Position numbers and translations under genes: made by a program. DNA of 62,947 nt, the filler included, from Choristocarpus tenellus KU-1152 (lineage: Eukaryota; Protista; Phaeophyceae): the NCBI GenBank assembly GCA_964200185.2. It is 6 parts of 6 records of this genome, joined end to end, with 100 filler letters (N's around TTAATTAATTAA, not from the genome) between each part and the next. Parts side by side here need not be neighbours in the genome. Positions count along the whole stretch, not along the records: positions 56,609 to 62,947 come from CAXNAD020008352.1; 5 more parts are not named here. The stretch is one strand, 5' to 3'. Positions 59,079-62,947 of the stretch are shown piece after piece. Every line of letters starts with the position of its first letter. The stretch's first letter is position 1. The notes beneath the pieces were generated by a model. That model was not told the origin of the DNA. It made no database searches and saw nothing but the letters and a program-made list of their open reading frames with translations.

Positions 59079-61289
59079 AAAATTATCGATCACTCTCAAC
59101 ATATTTACCACTAATAGCATTTGTATCCATATTCGAGAGACAGTGACTGTCCAAGACCAAGTGTACCTGTAAACATGCACAGGTTGGTTACACGTTTGAT
59201 GAATAAAGAGAACAATTTCACCACATTCATATTTTCAGATGGCGTTTGTTTACAATGGGTTACAATAACACGGTACACAATATGAAGAAATATATATTTA
59301 TTTTAAACAATATATTCTATGGTATACGTATCATGAACACGTGGATGAGCCAAACCAATGGGGAGGTAGGTAGGCAGGTTTCGACCTTTTTTGCACTATA
59401 AGCCATCTTACATACCTTGTACAATACACTATATTTACTTCATTTATGTGCACATTAGTGTTACACAAAATTGATATTGTCACTTTCCACTTACAAAGTG
59501 AGACCACAACTCACCAAAGATTCTTCTAGCAACTGTAGAAAACTTTTACTTTTGCCCTTCCTAGGGGTCCTTAGAATGCAACCCTCCATGCCTCTCGGTT
59601 GGTTTGACTTGAGTGTATATATGAGTATAAACGTATGCTAATGCAGTATACAGGCATTCCACACACTGGGCAGTACTTCTCTCCATTTTTTATGTATTAT
59701 CATGTACAGCACTAGCATGACTTATGCAATGCCATGCATGTATGCATGTAGACGACATTCCACGTGCCAGACATTTTGAATGACAACCTCACTCTGTTGT
59801 CCATCCACTCCAAATGGCAGGAAGCAGGTCACAAAATAAGCGGTTTCCTTAGTACAATTGCCTACCAAACCACTTCCTGCTAAAATGGTGCATCGTGGAA
59901 GACCTCCTGGCAATGGAAACAATGACTGCCGACAGAGCAGCAAACAGTGCCAGATTGCTAATGAACCTTGGTCCCCAAGTGTACGAAATGCAAACCAAGC
60001 CCAATTTCCCAAGAAATAACCATCTGCCATTCAGCCTTCCCTCTGAGCAGCATTTTGGAAAAGTGAAGAGATCATGCAGATTACCGTCATGCAATATAAA
60101 CTGTGCGGAGACAACCACACATACCTACCTACTCATCATCCAACAGCCAGATATATTTCTCTTGGAGCTCTCTATGCTCACATGTCTATATTGTGCAAAC
60201 AAAAAACTCAACCAATTCTATAGCTTTGCTCTGCTCGGCAAGAAATATACCCTGTCTATGGAAGCAGAGTAGCAAATCGAGAATAGAATACAACAGAATG
60301 CAAATAGCAAAATGATCTGGAAAAGTTTCGAGCAGGACATCTTTTGTGTCCAATCATCAGACGCCCTGGGATGTTCGGACAAGCACCTTCCCAAGAATTA
60401 ATACATTATACTTTGGAGAACAATAGCTACCTCCTCCCCTTCCTTCGTAAGGGCTGAGATACGTTAAAAGCTTAACAGCATACACATTATAATATAAATA
60501 GCAACATTTTATTGTTAGTTTTAAAATAATAAATATTTTTTGAAGATATTTATCTTTTACATTAATGACAACTGTTATTTTTACGCCAGCTCTTGTTGTG
60601 TAGATATTGGTTTTTCCCTGACACATCAGCAAAACATCAGAGGGTATCAAAAATAAGAAAAAGAACAAAATGAATGCTGAAGAATTGATATGGCAGTATC
60701 CGCTTTTGAGATCATACCACACCAATTTTGGTATGTTGGTATATCATTTTACAAATACAATGTGAAAACAGCGCTAAACATCAAGAGAATACATATTTTT
60801 TTGCATCAACTCTTTAACAGGTATCCTTGTGATATTACCTGCAAAATGTCAAAGGGCATAATAATAAATAGCAAATACATCAAATACATCAATACATAAT
60901 AATAGACGTTTGCACGCACACATGCACCTGTGTCCTTCCCTCAGGTGGGGCTGGAGGACGATTGTCATTGGCAGATAGTATCCTCCTCCTTCCCTTTTGC
61001 TGCAGGCACAGACCAACAAAACAGTTTTCCCCTGTGAGTTTCACTCACCATTGTGATATTCCATTGTGATATTGCCGTCCTAATATGCTCTTCAGAGTGT
61101 GTAATTCTCAAGGCGGGTGGATGTCATTCTTTTCACAAGAAAAAAGTTCAGAACCTATTTGCAACTTGAGGTAGTAGGATCAAGCACACAAGAGGGTGTA
61201 ATTGAAAGGGGACACCCAGGAAAAAAAGAAAGAGCATCTTCACTTTACGTTAATCAAAGGTACAGATACAAACATAGCAACATGAATGG

Positions 61290-61900
61290 AAGGCAGGCAA
61301 CACTCCCACCTTGTTCCAGGACAGCCCAGCTCAGGAAGTACTGCAGATCAAGGCTGGAGGACAACAGTATCAGCAGAGTGCCAAGTTTGTCTGTATTGGA
61401 GTCTCACTCAGTGATAGTTCCCTTAATGCCACCAACATCCAACTTTGTATCCATAAGGCATCAGGGCACTTGACGAAGTACATTGAAGATTTGTGCTACC
61501 AAGCAGAGTACTAGGTGTACCACTTGAGCTGAAGATCCAGATGCTAAATGAAGTACTTGAGATTTCCGTCTGCTCTATGGATGCATGACATGAGCATTGT
61601 AAAAGGGACCCTAACTTTCAACTACGTGCTCAATAACAGAAATTCCTAGAGCATTACATTGGGTTCCCAAACAAATGGAAACGTAGCGAAACCTTTCTAA
61701 GAGGGGATCAGGTGAAGAGAACTATAGATGTGAGTGTATTGAACCCAGAATTCATCCACAAAAGAAGGCAATTATTTCCATATTTCATGCTGCAAAGGGA
61801 TGGACGATCAACTGCCCAGGAAGCTTACAGGTGGTCAAACTCCACACCCAAATAGAAAAAAAACAAGCGGGAGAAGAGAGGCCCAGAAAAAAATAGTTCC
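61290..61900 (+). mobile_element. Degenerate RTE-like LINE relic (region after the RT core)
   Basis: LQIKAGGQQYQQSAKFVCIG, LELKIQML and MDDQLPRKL.GG resemble the AAGQ.Y.Q...F.YLG, L.LK..ML and RM...RLPK motifs of RTE-clade LINEs. Confidence 0.6.
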
Positions 61901-62734
61901 GTCTCCACGAAGACGTGAAGGCATACACATCACATGCAGTTTAATAATGATCACTACATTTCTCTTAGCAACAACTCGAAACAGGTTGCACAGATGAATA
62001 GAGACTAGAGGCAAGTACTTGACTAGCGGGTGCATGGTCACGCAATCCTGCGAAGACGGCATCGACTACAAACATCCTAGATGGTATCACACGAGATAGG
62101 GTTCGTGGCGTGTCATATTCTTGATTGAGCGGGAATGGATACTCTACAAGAATTAAATGTACCTCCTGGTAGTGTAGTTACTTGAATTTACAGCAGTTCG
62201 ACGTCCACTTTTCAAGTAGTAGGATGGGGTTTAATTTAGGGTTGGTTTTAGCAACAAATCTTAATGATTTGTAAAAGTGTCAAAAAAATCGGTGTAGGCA
62301 CACTACACCTACAGTTGAAAATGTGTTTGCAACATATGACGACTTAAGTCATTCGAAGGTAGTCATGTGTAAGGTACTTTGCACAAAAAGATCGTAACAT
62401 CCTCCAAAAAAGTGGATTGAAATGCCAGGTGAAATAGGAAATGAGTTGGTATCACAGATTCGTTTGAATGACAAGTCTTAGCAAAAACTGTGTCAAGTAT
62501 CAGTTGATGTCCCAGGAAAAGATGTATTGCAGCTGTTGTTGAACTGTTCATTATGTGGCTGTTTATTACTGAAATCCCTGCCCGTCGACAGATGGCTCAA
62601 AAATGATGGAAGACTCACAAAAATCACACTCTCAACACTCCTCTAGTGTTCTACTACTACCGCTATGGACATGTCATGAGACGACCTTTCGGTCGTAGCT
62701 CACTCAAAACCGTAAAATGGCGTTTGATCTAAAT

Positions 62735-62947
62735 TTAGTTGAAGGAGTACGAGGCACCCACAAGGTCGTTGATGATGTAGGGCTGGTTGGAGAGCTCCTC
62801 GTGCACCATCATGGCAAGGATGCCCATCTGTGCTGCGCGGCCGTTGTTAAGCTCGATTGCGCGCTTGGAGGCCTGGGTCTCCTCGGACATGGCGTCCCAG
62901 GAAGAGGCGAAGGGGTTGCCGCCGATGGTGAAGTCTCCGGGGAAGGA
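62735..62947 (-). CDS. Lhcf: Fucoxanthin-chlorophyll a/c binding protein, C-terminal 70 aa
   Basis: SFPGDFTIGGNPFASSWDAMSEETQASKRAIELNNGRAAQMGILAMMVHEELSNQPYIINDLVGASYSFN*. ELNNGRAAQMG is the LHC helix-3 motif; codons are strongly C/G-ending. Confidence 0.95.
   Translation of the reverse strand, partial: SFPGDFTIGGNPFASSWDAMSEETQASKRAIELNNGRAAQMGILAMMVHEELSNQPYIINDLVGASYSFN

Noticed and set aside
34994-62947. Functional cluster of DUF547-like, PEX4, PP2C and Lhcf genes with the receptor
   Set aside because: Each lies on a different contig joined by artificial spacers.

Overview
Eukaryotic, intron-rich, AT-rich DNA, most likely from a brown alga or close relative (Lhcf fucoxanthin-chlorophyll protein, TTAGGG-type repeats, brown-algal-like mariner/RTE/chromovirus relics). 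The window is not continuous. Five 100-nt spacers (44 N + TTAATTAATTAA + 44 N) join six contigs: 1-31345, 31446-39905, 40006-49963, 50064-52581, 52682-56508, 56609-62947. Contig 1 is almost entirely one 5'-truncated + strand gene (1464-29499) for a receptor-like membrane protein: Pmp-like GGA(I/L)...FxxNxA beta-helix repeats, a Cys-rich stalk and a multi-pass (about 8-9 TM) C-terminus. Its first 15 repeats are each a separate phase-1/phase-1 exon of 84 nt (one 81, one 90). The array shows single-exon and six-exon duplications, substitutions clustered at the same repeat positions, and two cassettes with a GG instead of GT donor. This is the best candidate for an undescribed system: an exon-shuffled variable surface receptor, analogous to brown algal LRR-ROCO and NB-ARC-TPR genes. 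Other contigs hold partial genes (DUF547-like, PEX4-type E2, an unknown protein, a PP2C-like phosphatase, Lhcf). Also present: three MITE families with 3-bp TSDs (family A shows clear CpG decay), two mariner relics, retroelement relics, a 36-bp minisatellite and short interstitial telomeric repeats. All calls were made by eye; no searches were run.
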